Assembly: GCF_004010195.1 (NCBI RefSeq)
Contig: NC_057753.1
Location: 6,727,894 to 6,791,893 of the forward strand
Direction of reading: 5' to 3'
Length of the DNA: 64,000 nucleotides
Source of the DNA: Chiloscyllium plagiosum
Lineage: Eukaryota
The notes beneath the pieces were generated by a model that searched no databases, had not been told where the DNA came from, and saw only the letters and a program-made list of their open reading frames with translations. Position 1 is the first letter of the stretch; every line of letters starts with the position of its first letter. The translations under genes and the position numbers were made by a program. This document shows positions 25,823 through 39,018 of this stretch, in pieces.

Positions 25823-28201
25823 AAAAATGCACTTTCTTTGGAACAGCCAAGGAAGACATCAGTCACAATCATTTTCAAGCAATTCATCACTGAACAGTAG
25901 GAATATGTTTCCAAATTTCTGTGAGAATTACCTTCTGCTGCCTAACCCTATGGTAGGGTCATCTTGGTTAGGTTATCTTCATTGTGCAAAGTCACAATTT
26001 TTCCATTCTTGTTAACTTGTTTAAGTCGGTACCAATACATCAGTCAAAACAGGCGAATGATCATCTTCTGGGAACTTGAGCAGTTGAGCACAATTATGTT
26101 CAGTGTGAGTATGTCCTGTTCGGTGCAAATCTGTCTATTGCAATGTAGTTTCAAAGTATTCTGAGGTTAGTGTGCACTGTTTTCAATATAGATGATGCAT
26201 TTGAGCATGATCCCATCTGGTCTTGGATGTGTCGTCAACAGCACGCTAAGGCTAACGGTTATTATATTCAATGTTAGCTAATTATTTCAGCGAATAGCCG
26301 TATAGACACAATTAGCCTTGTCAAGGAGTTAAACAATGGTGCCCAGCATGTCAGCCATGAAAATAAGTGACCAGACTAAGGAACAATACAGTTCATTGAG
26401 CAGTTGTTGGGAATTGCCTTGTGAAGGAAGTGTTATATGTCCATGATTCCTATAAACGTTTCTGGTTACTCTTATTTTCAGTCGACGCTGACAAATTTTT
26501 AACTGAGCCAATACTTTAATTTTTCACCATTGAGTCCACATATTCTCTTCTTGACAAGATTTCCATCATACCTGTCAATAGTAACGCACAGGACCAGTGG
26601 CCTTAGCTGATTGTCGAAAGCCTCGTGGCATTATTGTCCAACGTTTAATCCAGAGACCTTGGAGGTGTTCTGTATATGCGGCTTAGACTCCTGGCATGGT
26701 GGGTGGTGGAATTTGAATTTAACAAATAACAGCGGTTAGGAGTCTGGTGATGACTATTAAACCATTGTGGATTGATACAAAAACCGTGTTTTGTTCACTA
26801 ATGCACTTTCAGGACAGAGGTTTTTGTCCTCACCTCGTGAGACCTGCATATACTTCCAGACACCAAACAAAGTATTTGAAACTTATTTACCTTTTGCGCA
26901 ATTAGAGATGGGTATTAAATGGCGAGTCATGCCCACATCCGTTCAATGAATACACAACAACACATAAAAATCCTGAGAACGGAGGGGATGTTTGGTTACA
27001 ATTATTCAACATGGTGGTCCAGCAGGCGCACCATGCAGCCCTCGCTGTCTGTTGTACCGTTACTTGATAACACATTCAGAGTCACAGAGTGAAAATAATC
27101 ACATACGTATGAACAGATAATGATGGGTTCGCGGCGAAGTGGAAACAGACTGGAATAATCTGGTCTAGAAAATTTGGTGAGGAGAACTTAGTAAACTTCA
27201 GTCAGTGTTATGTAATACACAATGAAAAACTTTGTGTGACCTGCGAGGGTTTGACCAATGAAATATTTATTATTCACAATGGAAGGAAAGCATTGTGAGA
27301 AGCCAGTGTGGAGAGGAGTCTCAGTGATCAGAGTGGTAAAATATTCGCTCAGCAGAAAGAACTGGTTGACCAAGAGTACCTCTCTCGTGCTAATTTTCGC
27401 GTTCCATTCACATCTTTTTCTGCCTTTCACAGCCCTCAAATCTCTGTGATTATATTTCTCCTACCTTCCAAACAATCAGAGAACTTCCATTATGGCCGCT
27501 TCTAATCTCCCTTTCCATCTCTGTGGTTGCATTTCAAACTGTGATCGTTTTCACTTTTCCCAGTTTTTTATGTTAGGTAATAGAGATTAAAAGTGAACTC
27601 TGGTTGGACTAACTGCTCACTCGTGCCTTCTCAACTCAAAATAAGCACAGTCGGTGGACTGTGTATCCTCTTATTATTACAAAAAATGAGCAGGATGGAA
27701 ATATGGTCTGCACATGATAACAGTTAATCTTTTTCTATTCTATTTCAGTGCATATCGCTGTCAATCTAATAGCTAGCCTATAATTAATTGTTTTCTTTTG
27801 TGGCCTAAAGTCTTGTATCATCTTTTCAGTTGTTATGTAGATGCCATCAGTGAAAAATCTCTTCAAATTTTCCAGCAGGAATTTGAAAATCAAGACGTTG
27901 CTCCCGTGTAGACTTACTCTATTTAGCCGGATATGGATTTCCTGGCTATCTGAGCATTTTAAGACAATCCCAATGTTGTCGGCATTTTTGTAACCCTGAT
28001 ATTCATTTTTTTTAATCGAATAATTATCTCATATCATCTTAATCCCTTTAATTGAACTTACCTTTGCTTCATGTCTACAAACACACGCAAACACAACACA
28101 CATCTATTCAAAATATGAAACACACACTCTCTGTCTTTCTCTCTCTCTCTCATAAGTACGAGCACTAACAAACAACTACTAATTTATACATACGAGCATA
28201 C

Positions 28202-28970
28202 TGTTATAAAGCAAAGTTTGAGATCCTTCTGAGAAATGAAACTGAAAGACCCAAAGAGGAGGGCCTCACTGTATATTCTACTGAAAGGCGTGTACGCAAG
28301 GGTGTAACTGATATTCAACTTCTCGTGGTTAAGGTGAAAAAATCCCTGACACTCACTTCACAATTTACAAGTGACAGTTTATTTATCTGACTCTTAACAG
28401 TGAATAACTTAGCTAAACTATTAACAAACCAAATTTCCCCTACTAACTACTCCTGAATACCGCAAGATTATAATGGTATGCTGCTTCAATAAATGCGATT
28501 CTCACTCATATATTAGAGCAGTACAATTTAGTCTATCGAAATTACAGTCAAGTTACGTGTCTCCAGAATTTTCTATGTCTGCACTGCGTGCACTACCATT
28601 GGAAATGTTCTCTCTGTAGACGCTTCTGTCACGACTTTAGATGGTGTGTCATGGTTACATCATAGATAAATGGTACTTTCTCTTAGAGCTGATAAGGGTT
28701 ATCGCTTAGCAGATGGCAGTTGTTTCTATTCCAATTCTGCAAATGCCCTCATCTTTTGCACGTTTCATGACACATCAATATTTTTACAATCGGATTGGTG
28801 CAAGATGTATAAACCATCATATTTAAATATATTCGTTTTTTGTTTAGTAGGAAACAAGCCCGATTTAAATTGATAGCTAAATTTAAGTAGATTGCTGCTT
28901 GGTCTTTCGATACAAAACGCTGCAATTCGGGTTTACTCAGTTCCTGCAAACTTGAAAGCAGCTCACAACA
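28202..28970. mobile_element. Probable solo LTR
   Basis: TGTT...AACA termini interrupting a degenerate CA-rich tract; no clear target-site duplication. Confidence 0.45.
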
Positions 28971-31728
28971 CCTGGACACTCACAAACACGTTTCGAAAGT
29001 GAAACACAACACCAGCACAATTGCCAATTAAAAACACAAAGCGCATGCATCTCGCACCCAGAAGTCCATTTACGAACAGAGAGATAAACGCACATAATCG
29101 TTCAAATACAAAAACAAGCATAATTAAGTAATCTCCAAAATTGCTCACATTTGAAAGAAATGTTCATGTATATCAGTCATTTTAGTTCACAGTATTTATT
29201 GAAAGACAATCGCGATTTCTGTGGCAGGAGCAAATTGCTGTCTGGATGATTGTTTTGCTTATTACCCCCAATTTCCTCTCAAGATAATAAATAGTCTTGT
29301 TCCTATGCATTAATGCCTGTCCTCGGCCTGAGCAATATATCAAAGGCGTTCAGTGCAAACTGAAAGAACAGCACTTCAGTCCTCATCAGGCATCTTTCAA
29401 ACATCAGGACTTAGCACTGTGTTAACAGACTCAAATCCCCTTTATACTGTGTGTACCATTGTCATTACAATAACCTCATCTGCCCCATAACCACACATCA
29501 TGTTTTTACCTTGATGGCCATTCTGTCAGAAAACTGCTGTCATTTTCCCTGTTTGATACCTATCGTTTACATGGATTTTAGATCTCAACGTCTTCACGAT
29601 TAAAAGGCACACTCCTTTTGTCAATTGCACTAAACACACCCATTGACTGTTTCCCGGTTCATCATTCTCTGTCAACAGCATGAAAAAGATGAAATTTAAG
29701 CCTTTTTCGATATTGATAAAGATTCATATCTAACTCAAAAACTAAATTCTTTCACACACTTGTCAACAGAAGAAAGCAACTGTGTTAAAAGTATCGAATG
29801 GATAAAACAGAAGAATGGCCTCGTTATGGCATGGACTCCTCAGTACTTCTGTTTGTGTTGGGTTTCTTTGCTGCTGGTTTTATGATCTCCTGTGCCTGTA
29901 AGTAACGCACATGTAAGCATTATGTAAGCAGGAGCAGCAGAATAATCCCATAGACATGTGAGGCATATATAGTGTGGCGTTCCCCTGCAGCACTATCAAG
30001 GGATAGGCATGGAAAAAGAATGATTTGAACTATTGTCAAATTTCGTGCAGGTACAAGTTTGTACAGCGATGTGTTTGTATGGATGAGACAAAAAGTGAAA
30101 GCCATTTTGCACATGGTGAAACGCATCATGGTGAGAGTCATTGTGTCTCTTCTGATGGATGGCGTAACACAAGTCTTGCCAAAAATAGAACAGATCTGTT
30201 TTCGCAATAACTTTTTATCCACGTACATGTCATGGACCTTCAACAGGCTGATGTACTTAAAGCATGCTAGCAAATAAAAATGTCCGTTTCCTTTTTGGAT
30301 CAACCTGTTGGTCAGTGGGCATGACAATGATTTGAACCTATCCCCAGTAGCAAAATTGAAATGAGTCACAACTTAAACAACTCCATGATACGGGGAGGGA
30401 ACTCTGTGTGACGGAATATGCTGATAGCCATGCCAGTGCTGCCTAAGTTTGGTTTTTGCAGCAATGTGGAAACGAGAAAATGTAGTGTAATCTGCAATAT
30501 TTTATTAATAGCAAAAACGTAAAAATGGGGACCAGAAATTCAGAAGTTGACTGCACGATGAGGTATTTGTGCAGGAATAACTGTTGTTATGTTAAAATGC
30601 TCGTCAGTATTACTCATATAGAGAGGAGTACTGAGAAGGCTCCGAAGGGTACCATAATGACAGATAGCCTTGTAATGATTTGACTGGCTCCATTGATCCT
30701 TCAGATGAAGTGATCAGTTTAGTTGCAAATGTAAAGCATTTGAGATTGTCTAGCCAGGATATATAGGAAATACCAAAGGGTGTGCGAAACTGCCTGTTTT
30801 CCCATAAGCCGAACTCATTGCAAGTATAAAGGTGAAGAAATTGTGTGATTTGCCTAACAAGCTATATCTTTGCTGCTCTGCATGGCATCAGACTGGCAAC
30901 ATTTAGCAAAGCCATTTCAAAATTCCAACGCCTGCCTAGGTGGACTGGGCACCAGCATGAGCACCAGACTGCATGGCAATCTCACTGGAGATACTGTTGC
31001 AACATTCTGAGACTACTGATCATTTACTATGCGGTGACCATATGCACGACAAAAGACGTGAACTTGTGGGAGTTATTGCAATAGCTAACAAAACAAAACT
31101 TGCTCTGATCTTTACAGAAAAAGACTAACGGAAATTTATGAGTTGTCACGTGATGCCAGGTGAAGCATAGGACGAGGGAAATGATCTGAGGAAGTGTGCG
31201 ATAGATTGCCATCCCCAAAGTGTGAATTATCGTTCTTCCACATTTCTTTTCTCTTATTTTGAAATTATCATCATTACGAATATTATTATTGAAGTTCTCA
31301 TTTCAATGTTGGTACTATCGTCATTGTCATCGTTATTACTTAAATTCTTGTGTGCAGCAATATTTAGCACAATTCTTCCAGTACTTGCCTTTGTCTTCAG
31401 TTTCAGGCATTATCGTATAGGTTCTACCTCTGCAGCCATCACAACTGTAATAGCGACTGATTACAGCACAATCATGACGATTATTGTTCCTCTTCGTCTC
31501 GTTGTTAATTCTAATATTGTTAGTAAAATAAGAACATTACTAATGTTAATGCTAATTGTCGAGGTAATGTGCATAACAGCGATTTTAAAATTTCTGGCAC
31601 ATAACGTACTGATTCCACTTCTATACTGAACGCAACTAATCTGAAAAAATAAATAATGATGCAAATGCGCAGACTGTAAGGGAGAACATTGTAGCAGAAT
31701 TAGGTGTTAACAGGATACTTTATAGAAC

Positions 31729-31734
31729 TTTATT
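31729..31734 (-). terminator. Candidate polyadenylation signal (AATAAA) of gene B
   Basis: TTTATT on the + strand, about 115 nt downstream of the gene B stop codon. Confidence 0.35.
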
Positions 31735-31849
31735 ATTCAGTAATTTTCCGTTCCATTTTCATTATTTAATGGACACTTTGCAAAATTTGTAAAACTGATA
31801 GTGCCGAAGAAACCGGCTTTCATGTCGTATGCACAAGTCAAAGCAAAGC

Positions 31850-32775
31850 TCACGCTGACCTCTTTCCTAAAGTTACAAGTTTATTCAGTATGTTAAATGG
31901 ATACTTTGTCCCTTTCATTAACTCATGTCTGAATTTGTTCTGGGTTCCCACATAGATGAACGGATTGATGCAAGAACTCAATAACTGAAGCATATATCCA
32001 CCTTGCTGTAGAACAAACGTGGAACTTCTGAAATTAGAGACTGAGGAATAAGGGACATTCGAAATTCGGACATAGATGACCGATATAAACAATAATAATG
32101 AAAACAGGATGAAGCTGGCCGAGATGAGGAAGAGCAAAACAATGGACTTTCTCCGCTTCTCCATCTCTGGGTCAGTCTGTACCTCCGAATTACTTTTTGT
32201 GTGGAGTCTCCTCCTGGCTCTATTCGCCACTAGAATGTGCCTCACCGTCAGTACGTTGAGTAAAAGAATCAGAATGAAAGGGAGAAAAAGAGTTAAAATG
32301 GACCAAATCCAATCATATACAGCCCATACAGTTAAGGTGTAATATGTTGGTGTATTTGCACAGAACCAAGGGACATTGTTGATTATGTACAATGGCTCAT
32401 AGGAAAAATAATTGAAGATATTTTTTATGCAAGCGAGAATGAACACGGTTCCTATAATCCAACTCGCGGTATTCTCCTTGCAATATTTTATTTTCAGGTT
32501 CTGGCAAGAAATGGCCACAAATCGATCAACGGTGAATGCGACTGTTAACCAGATAGAACAATCAATAACTGCAAAGCATATAACAGAGCGTACACTGCAG
32601 ATTGGAGTGATGGACAGGAAACTGGTTGGAAAATAAATGCCAGCTATCCGATTCAATCCGACTACAGCCAACATGACACTGAGGTCTGTCACCGCCATAG
32701 ACACCAGGTAATATGTGATACATCCAGAGAGACCACATCGTTTTCGGCACAATATCACAATCACTGCCAGGTTAG
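31850..32775 (-). CDS. GPCR gene B, coding exon 2; class A 7TM receptor, GPR139/GPR142-like; spliced product 331 aa
   Basis: Pyrimidine-rich acceptor cctctttattcctccctgtattaag|CTAAC. Open frame with MAVTD (TM2), C3.25, WLTVAFTVDRFVAI (TM3, DRF), ECL2 Cys, FLPF (TM5), NPFIY (TM7) and KFR helix 8. Family assignment is from motif recall, not a search. Confidence 0.92.
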
Positions 32776-33534
32776 CTTAATACAGGGAGGAATAAAGAGG
32801 TGAATAGTCAGTAATACTCATTCTGTGTATCGAAACAAAAAGAAACAAAATTACATTCTTGATATGTGATGTTAAGATTGTTTTTTTTTCTCACACTATA
32901 GCTATCTTTTACTGATGTTAACATAATTATACTGGTGAAAAAACAACAGGTCGATTTATTTCAGATATGTGTTGATGAGAACCAATCAATTTCACGAAGT
33001 ACCAAACCAAAGAAACATGAAATTGATAAAAAGAAGTAATAACGAAGAAAATACCACATCAGCAAACGAAGATACAAAAATGAAGACGACGAAGAACTGA
33101 TTAGTCACGAATGAGCATGATAATAATATGTAGCGCATGACCATAAAACGTTTCCCTGCAGGAATTATTGCTAAAATGTTCACTGATAGAAATATTGACA
33201 GTCATGTTGCTCAAAGATAATCTCAAAGTGAAAGCAACAGGAGAACAATTAGAACTTTTCTAATTTTCAGGGTCCCAATGGCGAATCTGAACTGTCTGCC
33301 CCAAATAACTGGAATATTTGGTGTATACCAGGTCTATTGAGACTGGGAGTCGAACATGTCTCGTTCACTGAAAGACCCGTGACATTGAGCACCTTTTCAA
33401 TGTTGCATTCACCTGTCGGGATAAATCATAAACTTAATCATGCTGTGGAAGTTTGAAATTAAGGCCATGTGCATGAAATACGACAGATACCACCCACAAT
33501 CAACAGTCAATTAACGTATTATGAAAATAACCTA

Positions 33535-36350
33535 GAATATAGAACACTACAAAGAGTTATCTTTATCAATATTTTTGTCGGACATGATGCCATTTTAAAT
33601 AAATTATATCCGTCTGTGCATACTCTATATCTCTTTTCTTGATTCCTGTTTGTGCATCTGCCGAAAACCTTTTAAATATGCGGCGTTTCTCTTCGAGCAC
33701 CGGCCCTGGCAACACATTCCAGGAACATATCATACTCTGTATAAAAATAGGCTTTACCCAAAATTATTCTCCTTTTCACGTTTAACCCACGCCCCTGTAG
33801 TAACTGCAACTTCATCCCGGGAATGAAAAGACTCCAATCATCCCCCATATCCAAGATAATCAAAACGTATATACTTCTCAGCTGCCGATTCTGCAGCAAA
33901 AAATCCAAGTGTGTCCCTCTTCCCTTTATATCTAATACACTTTAATCTTGGCGGAACCTGCCTGGCTTACTCCTGCACCAATAATAAACAAAAAGCTTGA
34001 TGCCATCCAGTGCAAAGCAGCTGGCTTGATTAGCAACCACAGTCACAAATATTCAGGGCCTCCATCACAGAGAATCAATAGTAACATTGCATAATTTCTG
34101 TAAGATGCACCTAAAGAATGCTCCGAAGATAAAGATAAGCAAATCTTCGAGAAGGGCACGGGCTGCAGATTCATGGATACTTCATCATCTGGAAATTCAC
34201 CGACAAGCCATACACTATGCTGAAATGGACATATATTGCCGCTACTTCTCTGTCACGGAGTCAAAATCCTGGAATATGCTCTCTCGTGGTACTGAGGGGC
34301 AACAGTATTGATGGTTTAAGAAAGAACCTCATCATCACCTCCTGAAGCGGACCGAGGCAGGGTGAATAAATGCTGGTTGAACAGCGAAACCCATATGCCA
34401 CTAACGAATGCAATAACAACTCGTTTGAAACATTTCCATGTATTATACAAGATTCCATAACCGTGGCGACCAAAACAGCATCAATACTCTAAATATGACC
34501 TCATAGAAATTTCGTACTGTTGCAACCTGAGTTGTTATCATTCATGCTCAATTCCCCGACACGGTAAGTGAAGAATGCTCTATGCATTCTGTCCTAACTT
34601 ATTTACTCCAAAAAGACATCGATGGGACTCCAAGCACACTCTGTATATTAATGCTCTTCAGAACCTGCCATAACCTGCATATTTTAATCTTGTATTTTAC
34701 CTCCCAAATATACTATGTTGCATGTCTGGATTTAATTCCATTTGCCAATGTTTCTAATTGATCCAGGTCATGCTGTATCCTTTGCTAACTTTCCTCACGA
34801 TCTGAAACTCCACCAATTTCTGTTACGGCTGCAATTTGATTCCTTGTGTAATAAGACTAATTACTGACCTTGTTTTAGAAAATAAATCACGCTTCCCGAA
34901 CTATGGACTAATCTCTACGACCAGCTAATTAACCCTCTGTTGGTCCAATTCAACATTAATTCTGGAACAGCATGGTGGATATTGACAAATGCTTTATTAC
35001 AGTAGATGTAGGCAACATCCATGACACGACCCTCATCAATCATCTTCTTCACCACCTCAAAAAAAACGTAATGGATTTTTTCAGAGAAAGCTTGCCCCTC
35101 AAATAGCAATGCTGACTATATCGAAAAAGGCGATTATTCCTCTAAAACAGAGTAAATCTTGTTTCTAGGAATATTTTTCCGAACATTTCCTCCTACATAT
35201 GCAAAGCTCGCCATCATATAATTTCTAGGATTATCGCAATGGTTATCTTTAAACGGAATCACAGCATTGTCTATTCTTCAATCTTTTTGTGACTGTGCTA
35301 AACACCACACAACGATTTCAGTTAAAATCCGACACTGCACACAGTTATCTTCTCTTTTGCTTCCTTTAGCATCCTGAGTCAAATCCCATCATGCCCAGAA
35401 AATGTGTGGACTTTTTGCTTCTCTTTCAAGGTGCCTATACTTCCGCCATTAAATATCAGTATTCCCCAGAATGTCACATAACCCTCCCTTAATTTATCAT
35501 GATTTATATCACTCTCTGTAGTAAAGGTCACTGCGAAGTACTCAGTAGGTGCCTCACCCACTTCCTCTTTTGTCACTGAGTGGATTATCTTTTCTCTCCT
35601 GACGCTCCAGCTCCAGGCATATGTACAAAATGACTTGGGGTACTCCGTAACCTTACTTGCCAAAGACCTGTTAAAGGCACCTTCTCGGCCTTTAAATTTC
35701 CAATTTAAAACTCTGTACTGCTTCCTGCAAATTTATCAGGGAACTCTTCTTTCCTGAAACTCGCATATGCTTACATTTCTTTTTCTTTTTGTTTACCTTT
35801 TCAGCATCACATTTTAATCGAAGTTTCCCAAGTTTTACCAACCTTATGTATTCGCCTCACAGGAAAATGCTGTTTCTGCGCTCTAATGAAGTGGCCGTTA
35901 ATAAATTTTAACATATCAGACGGGTACTTTCACCACAACAGCCGCCCAAATCTACTTTCTCAGGACGTTGTCTAACAATGTTCTAATTATTTTTCTCCCA
36001 ATTTAGCACGTTCACCTACTATCATTCTTATCTTTTTTTTCCATAACCAGTTGAAAATTCACGGGATTATAATCACTTGTTGCAACATGCTCCCATACTG
36101 AAACCTCTATTACCTTGCAAGACCAATTTCCCAATGTGTTGTATTGTCCCTTAAACTGTTGGACTAACGACGTACTGCTTCATTTAAATTTCCTGGAAGC
36201 AAATTCATCCCGGTCTAAGTTTTCTGGCAGTAAGGAGTCCTGGTCAATATTTGGGAAATGCTGACACCCAATACACCAATCCTGTAAGATTTACTTCTTC
36301 CCCGATACCATACAAATTCGTCCCTTCATTTGCCACGAGCAAACAGCTGT
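33535..36350 (-). mobile_element. Degenerate CR1-type LINE fragments in the gene B intron
   Basis: KMIDEGRVMDVAYIYCNKAF and PKSFCTYAWS...EYFAVTFT remnants; a + strand LINE 3' piece is nested at about 33960-34420. Confidence 0.7.
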
Positions 36351-37433
36351 CCATATTTTAACCCTTTCAGGCTGACGGAACTTCCTTATTCTTATTTTGT
36401 CCTGTACATGTGCTTTCATTGGATGATAACTCCAAGATAACTTAGTCTTAGTGTATTGGAACAGTTTATTTCATCAGCAGTGTCACTGTAACCATTTTTA
36501 TATCCCTCTCTTTCTGGTATAGAATTCGTAAATGATGACAATAGAACAATCAGATTCACTGGCGGCCGTTCTGAATAAAACAAAACCTGCCACTCAGCAA
36601 GCTATTAAATCAGAAAATTTAATGGCAACTAATTGAGAGCAAGTGATATGTTTTTACAATCAACTGGAGACTGCGAGCAGTTCCCTGGGTGTTTGTGGTA
36701 TATACTACAGATGCTGCCAAAGGTGATTCATTTAAATCATAATAACTATGCTTCAAAGCATATATTTACTCAATTTAATCGGTACTTATCAATGATTCAA
36801 TTCTTCCAGTGAATGAATCGATTATCGGAATGATTCAGTCGCTGTCAAAGGCCACATTTCCAAACTTAAATAACAACTTGCTGCGATAATTCAGGAACTG
36901 AAACAGTGGCAGGAAAATAAGAAAAATGCATCTGTAATGCGATATTATGAAAGCACCATGCAGTGGAGCATTTTTTTTTTAACAATTGAACTGCATGTAC
37001 ACTGCTCTTCCTTATATTATGGCGAATAACGACATTGCCAAGAACACCGTGGAATTGCAATTGCACAGTGGTAATGACGTGTGATTTAAATTGTGTCAAA
37101 GCTTATAACGTATACACGTGTTATGAAGGAATAAATCACAGCAAAGATGAAATGTCAAGATATAGTGAATAAAAATCAACATTATTTATTCAAACATTAT
37201 TTCTAGCCGAGCAATAAATTATGATAAATGAACAATTAATATTGTAAAACGAAAAGAAACTCTATAGTTAGACAATTTAAAGCAGTGAACAGAAAAGGAC
37301 ATTTGTAATGGCAAACATGCATTCTGCTAAATAACGCAAAGAGCAATTGTAATGTGCGTACAACTGAGGAAAATGGAGATTTTTGCAAAGATCTATCGAT
37401 TCTTGCATCTATTAACTGACTTTCATACTCTAC

Positions 37434-37503
37434 CTGGAACTCCAATTAGTGCAAGGATAGGGTAGTAAATGGCGAACACTAGACCACTTAGTACTTCATG
37501 CAT
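37434..37503 (-). CDS. GPCR gene B, coding exon 1 (MHEVLSGLVFAIYYPILALIGVP; N-terminus and first half of TM1)
   Basis: Reverse complement reads ATG CAT GAA ... GGA GTT CCA G|GTAGAG: 70 nt with a phase-1 GT donor, matching the phase-1 acceptor at 32775 to give ...IGVP-ANLAVIVIL. Too short for the ORF track. Confidence 0.88.
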
Positions 37504-37786
37504 TTCTATGAACTGCTCCGAGAAAGCTATGCACTTCTGTGGAAAAATTGCTTTATTTATACTCCGGGGATAACAAATAATTTTACATTAATTGCGTTGT
37601 TGTGACAAACATGTCATTTCAACCTTAGTTTAATTCGTGTTTATACTTTGACAGGTCTTAAATGCTTTTCATCGAATATAACAAGATTGAAAATTCTAAA
37701 TTTAAATGTATTCATGGAAATAAATATGTATCTGAGTTCCACTTATTCGTAAATGAGTTAAAGACCGAGATTTTGGCATCGTGTCA

Positions 37787-37803
37787 GGCAACTGACTGCG
37801 CTG
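37787..37803 (-). promoter_or_regulatory. Conserved upstream motif of gene B (minus strand CAGCGCAGTCAGTTGCC)
   Basis: 16/17 identical to 25806-25822, at a matching distance (about 285-305 bp) upstream of the ATG. Confidence 0.5.
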
Positions 37804-38739
37804 CGAAACTCAAATACACTCCGTGGAACTACAGGTAGCTTCTCTCTGAACATTAGTCAGTCCGTGTGGTCATTAGTAAGGCAGGCAAAATTCCAAGCTT
37901 TCACTGCACAATAGTGGTATGAGAACTTCTGACATATTCAGTAAGGCCAGATGCAAATAAGTGCCATTAAATTTAGTGCACACAGGCCTAATTCTTCGTG
38001 GTAACGTTATAGGAAGACTTGCTCACATCTGTGTCATTATCTTCGAAGCTAGAAAAGCATTTTCCCGAGTATTTTGTCATTAAATTCGATGTAAGCGTAT
38101 CCAGCTAAGGCTTTTTGTACTCAGTGCCAACCTATTCACCCAATGTGACTTCAGGTGAAGCTTCAGTACAAACAAAATCATCATAATTACATTGTATAAC
38201 TCTAAATTCAAATTAGCACACATATGATTAGAATGATTCAATTCCTTACAGTAAGTTCTCAAACATCCCAAACGATGTGGACTTCAGCATGACTAAAACC
38301 AGTTTGGCCTCGCACAGTTCAGAATGATTGTTTTCAAGCTCATTAATTCCCGCTGCAGTTCAAGACATTTGTCTTAAATGTATGACAGTGAAAGTCAGTA
38401 CACGATACTAATAGTTGAAAATCCTGTTTGAATATTTCCGATCAGTTGGACAATCGTTGGCTTATTGCATATCGAACCTGAGGTGAAGCATTGCAGTTTT
38501 GGTTTATCAGTAATTAACAAGTGCAGTTGAATTTTAAATGGCAACATGCGGGCGAGAGTGTACCATTTTGTTTAATTCTGAAAATAAATCTTTCACAAAA
38601 GTGTTGTGTAAGACAGTGGAGGTTCTAATCTATAAACGTTGCTGCACACGAAAATTGTATTTCATCTGAGTGGAATGATTTCTTCCATTGAGATGATAAT
38701 TTCCTCAACAATGAATTTTTAATTAGGCATAATTCATCT

Positions 38740-39018
38740 AGATTAAATTAGATTAGATTAGATTACTTACAGTGTGGAAACAGGCCCTTCGGCCCAACAG
38801 GTCCACACCGCCCGCCGAAGCACAACCCATCCATACATTTACCCCTTACCTAACACTACGGGCAATTTAGCATGGCCAATTCACCTGACCTGCACATCTT
38901 TGGACAGTGGGAGGAATCCGGAGCACCCGGAGGAAACCCACACAGACACAGGGAGAACGTGCAAACTCCACACAGTCAGTCGCCTGAGGCGGGAATTGAA
39001 CCCAGGTCTCTGGCGCTG
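38740..39018 (-). mobile_element. HE1/V-SINE-like SINE, 5'-truncated
   Basis: (GATTA)n tail and high similarity to 16351-16653. Confidence 0.9.

Noticed and set aside
29920..30369. 149-aa minus-strand ORF
   Set aside because: No recognisable domain or convincing splice context; left unassigned, possibly a decayed transposon.
31222..31629. Hydrophobic 135-aa ORF resembling a membrane protein
   Set aside because: Low-complexity, degenerate ATT/ATC-rich tract with no family motifs.
32076..32750. Overlapping or antisense ORFs within GPCR exon 2 (also 60478-60708)
   Set aside because: Shadow frames of the GPCR coding sequence.
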